Below the pieces are notes generated by a model. That model was given only the letters and a program-made list of their open reading frames with translations, did no database searches and was not told the DNA's origin. Below are positions 1-6,785 of a stretch of DNA of 14,429 nt, piece by piece. Numbering within the stretch: the first letter of the stretch is position 1; the number at the start of each line of letters is the position of its first letter. This DNA is from Actinomycetota bacterium (GTDB taxonomy: Bacteria > Pseudomonadota > Gammaproteobacteria > Burkholderiales > Rhodocyclaceae). Made by a program: the position numbers and the translations under genes. Where the stretch lies: contig JBLNBI010000222.1 of NCBI GenBank assembly GCA_050259815.1, forward strand, positions 1-14,429, given 5' to 3'.

Positions 1-71
1 ACGACGAAGCGGCCTATCTGGCGGCGATCAGGTAAATCCCCCTTTTCAGCCGGACGCGCGTCCGGCAGGTC

Positions 72-2246
72 ATGGGCCTCATCGTCAACCTGGCCTCCTA
101 CCTCTCCCAGCTGTCGCTGACCAATCTTCGCCTGAGGGAAAGCCAGGGGCAGATGGAGGCCCTGATCAACGCACTGCCGGACCCTATCTGGCTCAAGGAC
201 ACGGAGGGCCGTTTCCAGGCCTGCAACCGCGCCTTCGAGCGCATGCTCGGCAGTTCCGCCGACCGGATTCTCGGCAAGACCGACCACGATTTCTTTCCCG
301 AGGCGATCGCCCGGTTCTTCCGCAGCAAGGACGAAGAGGCGCTGGCGGCGGGCCAGCCTAGCAGCAACGAGGAGTGGATTCCCCTGGCTTCGACCGGAGA
401 ATCCATTCTCGTCGAGACGGTCAAGGCGCCCCTGCCGGGAATGACCGGCGAACCGGTCGGCGTCCTGGGCATTGCGCGGGACATCACCGAGCGCAAACAG
501 GCCGAAGATCATCTGCGCCTGATGTCCAAGGTCTTTTCCAACAGCGGCGAAGCCATCCTGATCACCGACTCGAACAACAGGATCCTGGCCGTCAACAAGG
601 AATTCACCAAGCTCACGGGTTATAGCCCGGAAGAGGTCTACGGACGGAACCCGAGCATGCTGTCCGCGGGGAAAGCCTCCCGCGAAGTGTATGAGGAAAT
701 GTGGTCTTCGCTGGCCGCCAACGACTACTGGCAGGGCGAACTCTGGGACCGCCGGAAGTCCGGCGATCCGTATCCGAAGCGTCTTTCCATCTCCGTGGTC
801 CGCGACGAACGGGGCAACGTCACCAATTACATCGGCCTGTTCCAGGACATCACCAAAACCAAGGCGGCCGAAGACAAGATCCGCCATCTGGCCCATCACG
901 ACGCCCTGACCGGCCTGCCCAATCGTTTCAGCCTGTACCAGCGGATGGAGCAATCCATCGCCTTTGCGCGACGCTTCGATAAACGGGTCGCCGTCCTGCT
1001 GATCGACCTCGACCGGTTCAAGTCCATCAACGACACCCTCGGCCACAACGTGGGCGATCAGTTGCTGATCCAGGTTGCCTCCCGCCTCAGTCAGTCGGTG
1101 CGGCAAACCGACATCGTCGCCCGCCTGGGCGGTGATGAATTCGTTATCGTCCTGACGGGAATCGAACTCGGCCGGCATGCGACCGAAATCGCCGACAAGA
1201 TCGTCCAGCAGATTTCCCTTCCCTACAGCATCGCCGGCCATGTGCTGCGCACTTCTCCCAGTGTAGGTATCTGCCTGTGCCCGGATGACGCTCTGGAGAT
1301 CAACGATCTGATCAAGAACGCGGACATCGCCATGTATCAGGCCAAGGCGCTCGGCCGCGGGAACTACCAGTGCTATACGGAAGGCATGCGGGCGGAGGTG
1401 GCCCGACGGGTCACCGCCGAAAAGGAATTGGAAGCCGCGCTGGACCAGGGCCAGTTCGTCCTGCATTACCAGCCGCAAATCGATCTGGCAACCGGCAGCG
1501 TCACCGGCATGGAAGCCTTGATCCGCTGGCAGCATCCAAGCCGCGGGCTGGTTTTTCCGGGGGACTTCATTCCCGTTGCCGAAGAGACCAACCTGATCAT
1601 CCCTCTGGGCAAGTGGGTACTCGAAGAAGCCTGCCGGCAGTTGAAAGATTGGCATCAGATGGGGCTGGCTCACCTCACTGTTTCGGTCAATCTCAGCGCC
1701 GTCCAATTCGAGGACATCGCCTTGCCGACTCTGGTAGCCAATGTGCTGGAGACCTGCGGACTGCCTCCCCACAGCCTCCATCTCGAAATTACCGAGTCGA
1801 TGGCCATGAGGCGTCCGGAAGACAGCATCCGCATGATGAACACCCTGGCGGATATCGGCGTGAAACTGGCCTTGGACGACTTCGGCACCGGCTACTCTTC
1901 TTTAGCCTATTTGAAGCTCTTCCCCCTGGATATCATCAAGATCGACCGGGCCTTCGTCAAAGATCTCGAAACCGACGAGAACAACGCGGCCATCTGCGAA
2001 ATGACCATGCTGCTCGCCCAGAAGCTGGGCAAGCGGGTAGTGGCCGAAGGGGTCGAAACCGAGGACCAGCGTCGATTCCTGTCGGAGATCGGCTGCCAGG
2101 AGATTCAAGGTTATCTCTACAGCAAGCCCTTGCCTGCGCCTCGGGCGGCGGCGTTCGCCGAAGGCTTTTCCGTGGCGGAAGCTTGCGACTTGGCTTCAGC
2201 GGATGTGCAACACTTCCCAGCGAAGTCGGTCCAATCGAAACCTTAG
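72..2246 (+). CDS. PAS/PAC-PAS-GGDEF-EAL c-di-GMP signalling protein (diguanylate cyclase/phosphodiesterase)
   Basis: 724-aa ORF. GGDEF motif intact (RLGGDEFVIV). EAL motif intact (EALIRWQHP), plus the DDFGTGYSSL and KIDRAFV EAL catalytic motifs. The N-terminal ~290 aa carry PAS-like repeats. Stop TAG at 2244-2246. Confidence 0.9.
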   Translation: MGLIVNLASYLSQLSLTNLRLRESQGQMEALINALPDPIWLKDTEGRFQACNRAFERMLGSSADRILGKTDHDFFPEAIARFFRSKDEEALAAGQPSSNEEWIPLASTGESILVETVKAPLPGMTGEPVGVLGIARDITERKQAEDHLRLMSKVFSNSGEAILITDSNNRILAVNKEFTKLTGYSPEEVYGRNPSMLSAGKASREVYEEMWSSLAANDYWQGELWDRRKSGDPYPKRLSISVVRDERGNVTNYIGLFQDITKTKAAEDKIRHLAHHDALTGLPNRFSLYQRMEQSIAFARRFDKRVAVLLIDLDRFKSINDTLGHNVGDQLLIQVASRLSQSVRQTDIVARLGGDEFVIVLTGIELGRHATEIADKIVQQISLPYSIAGHVLRTSPSVGICLCPDDALEINDLIKNADIAMYQAKALGRGNYQCYTEGMRAEVARRVTAEKELEAALDQGQFVLHYQPQIDLATGSVTGMEALIRWQHPSRGLVFPGDFIPVAEETNLIIPLGKWVLEEACRQLKDWHQMGLAHLTVSVNLSAVQFEDIALPTLVANVLETCGLPPHSLHLEITESMAMRRPEDSIRMMNTLADIGVKLALDDFGTGYSSLAYLKLFPLDIIKIDRAFVKDLETDENNAAICEMTMLLAQKLGKRVVAEGVETEDQRRFLSEIGCQEIQGYLYSKPLPAPRAAAFAEGFSVAEACDLASADVQHFPAKSVQSKP

Positions 2247-2424
2247 CCCATTGACATTATTGCGACTGAACAAGAAACTGCCCCTTCCCTTAAGACCAAC
2301 CACTTTCCACAAGGAGATTTCGATGCCTGCCACAGCCAACACCAAGGAAACAATGCGCTGAGACCGTAGGCATCGTGCTGCCCGGAACTCGCGCAAGGCG
2401 AATCCGGGCTGGGAAGGAGCGAAA

Positions 2425-2455
2425 CCCCTGGCCATTGCCGGGGGTTTTTGTTTTT
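2425..2455 (+). terminator. Rho-independent terminator (8-bp GC stem with one U-G, loop CAUU, then TTTTTGTTTTT)
   Basis: ccccuggc-cauu-gccggggg followed by a T-rich tract, read directly from the sequence. It lies 180 nt after the GGDEF-EAL stop and after a 12-codon ORF with a strong SD. Confidence 0.6.
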
Positions 2456-2523
2456 GGCTTTCCCTATCCATCCCGGATTCCAGAAAGAGCGGCCCCGCCG
2501 CTGCAAGAAATTCAGGAATCATC

Positions 2524-2679
2524 ATGGGAATACAAATTGAGTTGAACAAAGGTCGCGTGCCGGTCAAGGTCTGGACCCGCGACATCGAGCCGGACGCCAT
2601 CCGGCAATTGCTGAACGTCGCTTCGCTGCAGGTCGTGCATGGCCACACTCAGAAGCCAGTGCTCTGCGTGAAGGAGTGA
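2524..2679 (+). CDS. 51-aa ORF homologous to the N-terminus of RtcB (possible rtcB remnant or stand-alone N-domain protein)
   Basis: AGGA 6 nt upstream of ATG. MGIQIELNKGRVPVKVWTRDIEPDAIRQLLNVASL aligns with the N-terminus of the bona fide RtcB in this window, MTYQLQEVQNGKPIKLWTEGVPVEDDARVQLMKTAR. The shared pattern is G[KR]-P-[IV]K[LV]WT...P.-DA.-QL...A. Confidence 0.4.
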   Translation: MGIQIELNKGRVPVKVWTRDIEPDAIRQLLNVASLQVVHGHTQKPVLCVKE

Positions 2680-2682
2680 GCC

Positions 2683-2877
2683 ATGGCGACCAAGAAGACC
2701 GTCCTCATCCTGCCCCAGACCAAGCCTCGCAACCCGCTGCTGGTGCCCGGCCTGACCCGCCGTGCCGGCCCCCACGACAAGTCGCGCAAGGCCGTCCGCC
2801 AGCAGATGCGCCAGCGCACCCAGCAGTCTCTCGCCGCCCTGATGAACAGCGAGAAGGCTGAATTCGAAATCGACTAA
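2683..2877 (+). CDS. Small basic protein (64 aa), translationally coupled to the upstream RtcB-N-like ORF
   Basis: AAGGAG lies inside the last codons of the upstream ORF, 6 nt before ATG 2683. The protein is Lys/Arg/Gln-rich (MATKKTVLILPQTKPRNPLLVPGLTRRAGPHDKSRKAVRQQMRQRTQ...). A strong terminator follows. Confidence 0.5.
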   Translation: MATKKTVLILPQTKPRNPLLVPGLTRRAGPHDKSRKAVRQQMRQRTQQSLAALMNSEKAEFEID

Positions 2878-2883
2878 CCCTGC

Positions 2884-2910
2884 CCGCCCCGCCCTGGGGC
2901 GGCCTTTTTC
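2884..2910 (+). terminator. Rho-independent terminator (ccgcccc-gcccu-ggggcgg + CCTTTTTCTC)
   Basis: Perfect 7-bp GC stem plus a T-tract immediately after the 2683-2877 ORF. Confidence 0.7.
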
Positions 2911-2994
2911 TCAAGGAGAAAGCCATGAACCGACCGACTGCCCGACTTGTTCCGCACGCGCCATCGAACGCCGATCAATTTACGGAAACCCGAC

Positions 2995-3297
2995 ATGGAC
3001 CACCACGCTATCGAAGAAATCATCGCTTGCCTTCGGGGTGAGCGCACCGTCTATCCCTATTACCGAGACCGCTACAGCATCGGGCTGTTGCGCCAGTTGA
3101 GCCGCCACGGCCGCCGTGCCGAGCCCCTCAGTGTCGCGTCCCTGAAGAAATTCCTCTTCGCGCCGACGAGCGAGGTGCCGCCTTTCCTGGCGGAGGACAA
3201 GGAGGTGCGCCAAGTGCTGCGGAGGAATCCGGAGATCGGGTTCTTTTGCCTGCGTCCGGATAGCTCGGTGCAGACAGGCGGGCCGCTGATGGACTAA
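2995..3297 (+). CDS. Hypothetical protein (100 aa from ATG 2995; ORF track starts at TTG 2947)
   Basis: High-GC ORF with no recognisable motif. A strong SD (AAGGAG 2914-2919) with ATG 2925 opens a different frame, a 38-codon ORF ending at 3041. The true start is therefore ambiguous. Confidence 0.45.
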   Translation: MDHHAIEEIIACLRGERTVYPYYRDRYSIGLLRQLSRHGRRAEPLSVASLKKFLFAPTSEVPPFLAEDKEVRQVLRRNPEIGFFCLRPDSSVQTGGPLMD

Positions 3298-3562
3298 CGA
3301 ACCAGCCCCAGCCTGCCCACGGCGCTCGCCAGCAATCCGCGGCCGGTGCTGCTGCATTGCCGCAGCGGGTACCGGACTAAATTAACAATAGGCTGCTTGT
3401 CGGCCTAAGCCGAACTTGGGCCTCTAGCCAGAATCGGGCGGCTATGCGCCAGTTACCAGCCGCTGATGACGGTTAATGGCCGCTTTCGTCATCGGCATGG
3501 GGGCAGCACCCGACCCAAACCGGAAGTTGCGACCTTTAGAAAGCGGACGGTCTGGAACGTGG

Positions 3563-3605
3563 AGCTAACCGGTCTGCGCGGCTTTTCGCGCAGCTCCGGT
3601 TGAGC
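3563..3605 (-). other. Short attC-like palindrome after last cassette (GCTCAAC...GTTAGCT on - strand), or a simple hairpin
   Basis: On the - strand: GCTCAAC-cgg-AGCTGCGCG-aaaag-CGCGCAG-accg-GTTAGCT. The inverse core matches RYYYAAC. The core is degenerate and the element is only 43 bp, which is short. Confidence 0.3.
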
Positions 3606-3611
3606 GACGGG

Positions 3612-4229
3612 TTAGGTATTTGCGCGAGAAAACTCTGCATGATCGTACAGTGTGAGTTGAGCCGCCAATGCAAGCTCCTTGGCTGTGGAGCTTTCTGATG
3701 CTCTGACAATTAACGAGCAATAGGAATCCGAGTTTGTCTCGAAGTGCAGAAGCGCAAAGTCTCTATCGGCCAACCAGTCGGACAAGGCCAGTAATGCTTC
3801 GGGAACTGAGCGGAATTCCGTTTCGCAATCATGCTCCCAGCGCTGGTTGATGCCGAATGTGGCCAGAATCTCTGAAACCTGCCAAACGATTTCCTCGCGT
3901 GCCTTCCAATCCAACTGGATAAACACCCATTTCCCACGCCGTTGGCCTTCTTCACCGGACATGACTTCGCTCAACGCATCGAACATGTCTTCGGAGTCAT
4001 CTAGAGCTCGTTTCGCAACTCGGCACAAGCGTTGAACTTCACTCTTGTTCAGCTGGGCCGTTGCAAATTGAAGGAAGTTCTGTAGGTTCTTTTTCTTTCG
4101 CCATAACTCGGCCTTGTTCGTCGGATGCAGTAGTTCCCAAATCTCGTCGTCAGGCACATTGGTATCAATAGGCTCTGCCGGGGTTGTGAGATTCCTGTTG
4201 AGCAGCTTGCCTAGAAACCTAAGCATCAT
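3612..4229 (-). CDS. Cassette ORF A, hypothetical protein (205 aa)
   Basis: ATG lies 5 nt after core site GTTAGGT. Lower GC. No recognisable catalytic motif. Confidence 0.6.
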   Translation of the reverse strand: MMLRFLGKLLNRNLTTPAEPIDTNVPDDEIWELLHPTNKAELWRKKKNLQNFLQFATAQLNKSEVQRLCRVAKRALDDSEDMFDALSEVMSGEEGQRRGKWVFIQLDWKAREEIVWQVSEILATFGINQRWEHDCETEFRSVPEALLALSDWLADRDFALLHFETNSDSYCSLIVRASESSTAKELALAAQLTLYDHAEFSRANT

Positions 4230-4233
4230 GAAT

Positions 4234-4290
4234 ACCTAACGATTGAATTAAGCGGCGCGGTAAGGCATCCGCTGGAATGCCGGGTTGGGC
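4234..4290 (-). other. attC-like site (57 bp): R'' GCCCAAC ... R' GTTAGGT (- strand)
   Basis: Inverse core GCCCAAC lies 31 nt after the stop of ORF B. Core GTTAGGT lies 5 nt before the ATG of ORF A. The 3' half (CCGCTTAATTCAATCGTTAGG) is conserved with the other two sites. Confidence 0.55.
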
Positions 4291-4320
4291 CTGAGCCAGA
4301 GCATGGCTGAGCAACGGCCG

Positions 4321-5061
4321 TTACCAGAGCCGCCACCACGGGCGCTTGCGCGCTCCTGCGCCTACGCCTTGGTCAAGCTGAGAAACGCTGGTGTCGGTTT
4401 GCTGCGCATCCCTGGTATCAGGTTTGGAGCAATGCCAGTAATAGTCGCCACCTAGATATCCAGCATCCAGCGCCCGGGAGGAATCGAGGCGAGCGGCATG
4501 GTCCAGTTCCGCGGGCGATCGCGAATAGAAGTCTTCTGCGCTAAACGGTTGGAACCCCTCGTGGTATCCAGCCCAGAACTTCAATAGCTCCATTGGCGGT
4601 AGCTGGGACTTGAAACAGGCTGAAAACTTGTCTGCTGCCTCGGCGATGTACCCCATGAGAAGCACCTCAATAGGGTTCATGGCGAGATACGGCAATGGAA
4701 GCTCCGCCAAGCCTTCGCAGGCGCGCTGCCAATACCCTTCGCCTAAGGCGGTATCGCCCGCCATCTCCTGGAAAGTCTCAAGGCTGGCTTGCAGGTTGTG
4801 CCATGCGGTCGCCACGTCAATGCAAGGAAGGTGAACGGTCAGCTCATCCGGCCCATTCTCTTGTCCCCAATATTCCAGTGGAACGTGCACTTCAGTTAGC
4901 TGCGCGCCGCGGAAACAACAGAACCATGGAAGCGGGACGCGATACGACACTTCTGCGATTTCTGCGTAGTTGGCTTGCGGGCCTTGCCGCAATGCTGCCT
5001 GCAGGGAATAGGGGTCGCCGGTCAGAGTTGGCGTATTCAGTAGGTACGCACGATTTGCCAT
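4321..5061 (-). CDS. Cassette ORF B, hypothetical protein (246 aa)
   Basis: Lower-GC ORF. A 70-nt leader follows the attC core and contains a 9-codon uORF (MKSNLTNDL, 5070-5099). Confidence 0.6.
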   Translation of the reverse strand: MANRAYLLNTPTLTGDPYSLQAALRQGPQANYAEIAEVSYRVPLPWFCCFRGAQLTEVHVPLEYWGQENGPDELTVHLPCIDVATAWHNLQASLETFQEMAGDTALGEGYWQRACEGLAELPLPYLAMNPIEVLLMGYIAEAADKFSACFKSQLPPMELLKFWAGYHEGFQPFSAEDFYSRSPAELDHAARLDSSRALDAGYLGGDYYWHCSKPDTRDAQQTDTSVSQLDQGVGAGARKRPWWRLW

Positions 5062-5130
5062 GTCAGACCCTACAGATCATTGGTTAAGTTCGACTTCATC
5101 TGTTCCGCTTCAAGGAAGCGCGACCCTGAA

Positions 5131-5223
5131 GCCCAACGATGGAGGTAAGCGGACTGCCGCGCGAGGCGCAACAGGAAGGCCAAGGCGGGTGTCCGGCAGG
5201 TCCGCTTGACCGTAGGCTTAGGC
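5131..5223 (-). other. attC-like site (93 bp): R'' GCCTAAG (degenerate) ... R' GTTGGGC (- strand)
   Basis: ~90-bp direct repeat of the 5709-5798 element. Shared segments are AACGATGRARGTAASCGGNCTGCCGCGCGAGGCG and GGCAGKTCCGSTTGAC. It contains an internal imperfect inverted repeat, aagcggactgccg / cggcaggtccgctt. Confidence 0.55.
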
Positions 5224-5253
5224 AATGACTTAGTCATGTGGTGAACTGCCGGG

Positions 5254-5703
5254 CTATACACGACGAAACAGAAGATCAAAAGAGATTCCGGGAACGCCAT
5301 GCATCGCTGTTAAGCAGTTGCCGTCGTCACGCCAAATATAGAGCTGCTCCCCGACTTCTTGGCCGGATGGGTATAGCGGAAATATCCATGAACGTCGGGC
5401 CTTAACGATACTAAGAGCTGACGCTTCGTATGTTCCTGCAAAGAAGTAAATTGATCCGTTCTCTGCATGTCCTGTACCCGATTCCTTGGCTTCGGAAAGG
5501 CTGGCCGCATCAAGGGATTCTGTGAATTTCCAAAAAGGGAAAGAGCTGGTCGTGTTGTCTTTCTCTGAGCGCGAAACGCTGATCCACTTTCCGTCCGGAT
5601 AAAAGCGAAAGAAAATCGTATTCCAGCCACGTAGCAACCCGCCTCCATGCATTTCTTCCCAATAGGACGGACGTGACAAGTAATAGCCGTTTGTGTGAGG
5701 CAT
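5254..5703 (-). CDS. Cassette ORF C, hypothetical protein (149 aa from ATG 5703; ORF track extension to 5754 would run through the attC)
   Basis: ATG (MPHTNGYY...) lies 6 nt after core GTTAGGC. The longer ORF-track start overlaps the repeat element and is unlikely. Confidence 0.55.
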   Translation of the reverse strand: MPHTNGYYLSRPSYWEEMHGGGLLRGWNTIFFRFYPDGKWISVSRSEKDNTTSSFPFWKFTESLDAASLSEAKESGTGHAENGSIYFFAGTYEASALSIVKARRSWIFPLYPSGQEVGEQLYIWRDDGNCLTAMHGVPGISFDLLFRRV

Positions 5704-5708
5704 GCTGT

Positions 5709-5798
5709 GCCTAACGATGAAAGTAACCGGCTGCCGCGCGAGGCGGGCAGCCATGACGACGACGGTTCTCGGCAGTCCGGTTGACTGGATTGTTAGGC
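5709..5798 (-). other. attC-like site (90 bp): R'' GCCTAAC ... R' GTTAGGC, perfect inverse/core pair (- strand)
   Basis: GCCTAAC starts 9 nt after the TAG of ORF D. GTTAGGC ends 6 nt before the ATG of ORF C. Internal inverted repeat caaccggactgccg / cggcagccggtt. Confidence 0.6.
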
Positions 5799-5804
5799 TG
5801 CTGG

Positions 5805-6203
5805 CTATTTGAACTCAAAGCGAACGTTTTTAACGACCTGATGCTTACCCCAGAAGAAGTTGCAAACCCTTGCAACCTCTGCTCCGTCCTTACTTTCGGG
5901 AACGCACCCGCCCTTGATGGTTACCGATTTTTCCCCTTGCTTTGACAGCGGGAACTCCATTGATATGCCTTCAGGGATGACATGTTCAAGCTGCACGTTT
6001 TCGGAATAGTCATCAACGAGGGCGAATATCATGACCTTGTCGGCTTTGAGCGTGTAAAGGTCATGTTGGAACGCGGCCCCTGGCAAGAGACACATTTCAA
6101 TGACCGATTTCTCAATAGTCTGCTGCTTGCATTGTGGTGGCTCGGCAGCCTGAACGCTAAATGCAGCACATGCCAACCAGACCGAGAAAATTGAATATTT
6201 CAT
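5805..6203 (-). CDS. Cassette ORF D, small secreted protein (132 aa, signal peptide MKYSIFSVWLACAAFSVQA, 4 Cys)
   Basis: GAGGA SD 5 nt before ATG. N-terminal hydrophobic signal sequence with an AXA-like cleavage site. Confidence 0.65.
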   Translation of the reverse strand: MKYSIFSVWLACAAFSVQAAEPPQCKQQTIEKSVIEMCLLPGAAFQHDLYTLKADKVMIFALVDDYSENVQLEHVIPEGISMEFPLSKQGEKSVTIKGGCVPESKDGAEVARVCNFFWGKHQVVKNVRFEFK

Positions 6204-6241
6204 GAATTCCTCAATAAGAAGGTGAGAGAGGGAATAAAGCA

Positions 6242-6308
6242 GTCTAACTTCGTTTTAGGGAGACTGTTTTGACGGATAACTTCGGCGCCTGTCTCCCTAA
6301 CTTAGGAC
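6242..6308 (-). other. attC-like site (67 bp): GTCCTAAG-TTAGGGAGAC-(26 nt)-GTCTCCCTAA-aacgaa-GTTAGAC (- strand)
   Basis: 10-bp perfect inverted repeat (6255-6264 / 6291-6300) nested inside a degenerate inverse core and a GTTAGAC core. The core lies ~39 nt upstream of the ORF D ATG. No ORF lies upstream of it, so it marks an ORF-less cassette or the edge of the array. Confidence 0.5.
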
Positions 6309-6785
6309 TGTCATATCGCCGGAAACCGGCATGATTACGGGCTTTTGGAAACTTAGGCGAGGTGACCATGGCTGCTAAAAATGCGTGAAAAGCGGCGCGC
6401 CAGTACATTAGCATAACGCTCATCTTGTATGTCTGCTATGAGCAGCAACAGCCAAGGTCCGCTCCTGGCCGGAAGCGCCTGTTGGGGTTCCTTCCCCCAA
6501 AGCAGACAGTGATCTAAACCAGTCCTATTCAACGACCGCGATCGGGCTCTTACTTAAGACGTGTGCCCCCGGCCAGGAGCCGCCCGTCACTATCTCTACT
6601 GAGCAACCATCCAAACGACCGCGGTGCTGAGCGAACTGCCAGTCAAGGCGGATAATTCGGCCTCATGTTGAGATCCACATAAGGCCGACATTCCACCCGT
6701 GAAAAGTCGTCTTGGATGGAAAGCGTTACTGCGATTCGATCGATAGCCAGACTCCGCTCGTGAGACTGATGTATCTTTGCCGCCC

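Larger units (their letters stand above)
3563..6308 (-). mobile_element. Integron-type gene cassette array without adjacent integrase (CALIN-like): 4 ORF cassettes + 5 attC-like sites
   Basis: Four co-directional genes in a ~50% GC block flanked by ~65-70% GC DNA. Every ORF start is preceded by a GTTRRRY core site (GTTAGGT, GTTGGGC, GTTAGGC, GTTAGAC). Every stop is followed by an RYYYAAC-like inverse core. These bound imperfect palindromes of 57-93 bp. Confidence 0.6.

Noticed and set aside
2196-2648. 150-aa - strand ORF spanning the GGDEF-EAL 3' end, the terminator and the rtcB-like ORF.
   Set aside because: It crosses an intrinsic terminator and two better-supported + strand features. It has no SD and low-complexity composition.
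2683-2877. Calling the 64-aa basic protein ArfA (alternative ribosome-rescue factor).
   Set aside because: The resemblance is limited to a [DN]PL[FL] motif and a basic tail. Spacing does not match the ArfA consensus, and no profile search could be run. It is kept only as a testable idea.
2947-2994. TTG start at 2947 for the 3297-ending ORF.
   Set aside because: It has no SD and is a non-ATG start. ATG 2995 has at least a weak GGAAA SD. The call is ambiguous, so it is reported as uncertain rather than adopted.
5704-5754. Longer start for cassette ORF C (MAARLARQPVTFIVRHS...).
   Set aside because: The extra 17 codons run through the attC-like repeat. The internal ATG at 5703 sits 6 nt after the GTTAGGC core, exactly like the other cassettes.
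6201-6785. Integron integrase (intI) / attI immediately upstream of the cassette array.
   Set aside because: There is no ORF of suitable size (~320 aa) on either strand. The short ORFs here (6596-6787 -, 6726-7034 -) are low-complexity and overlap acpH. The integrase is therefore absent from the window, making this a CALIN.
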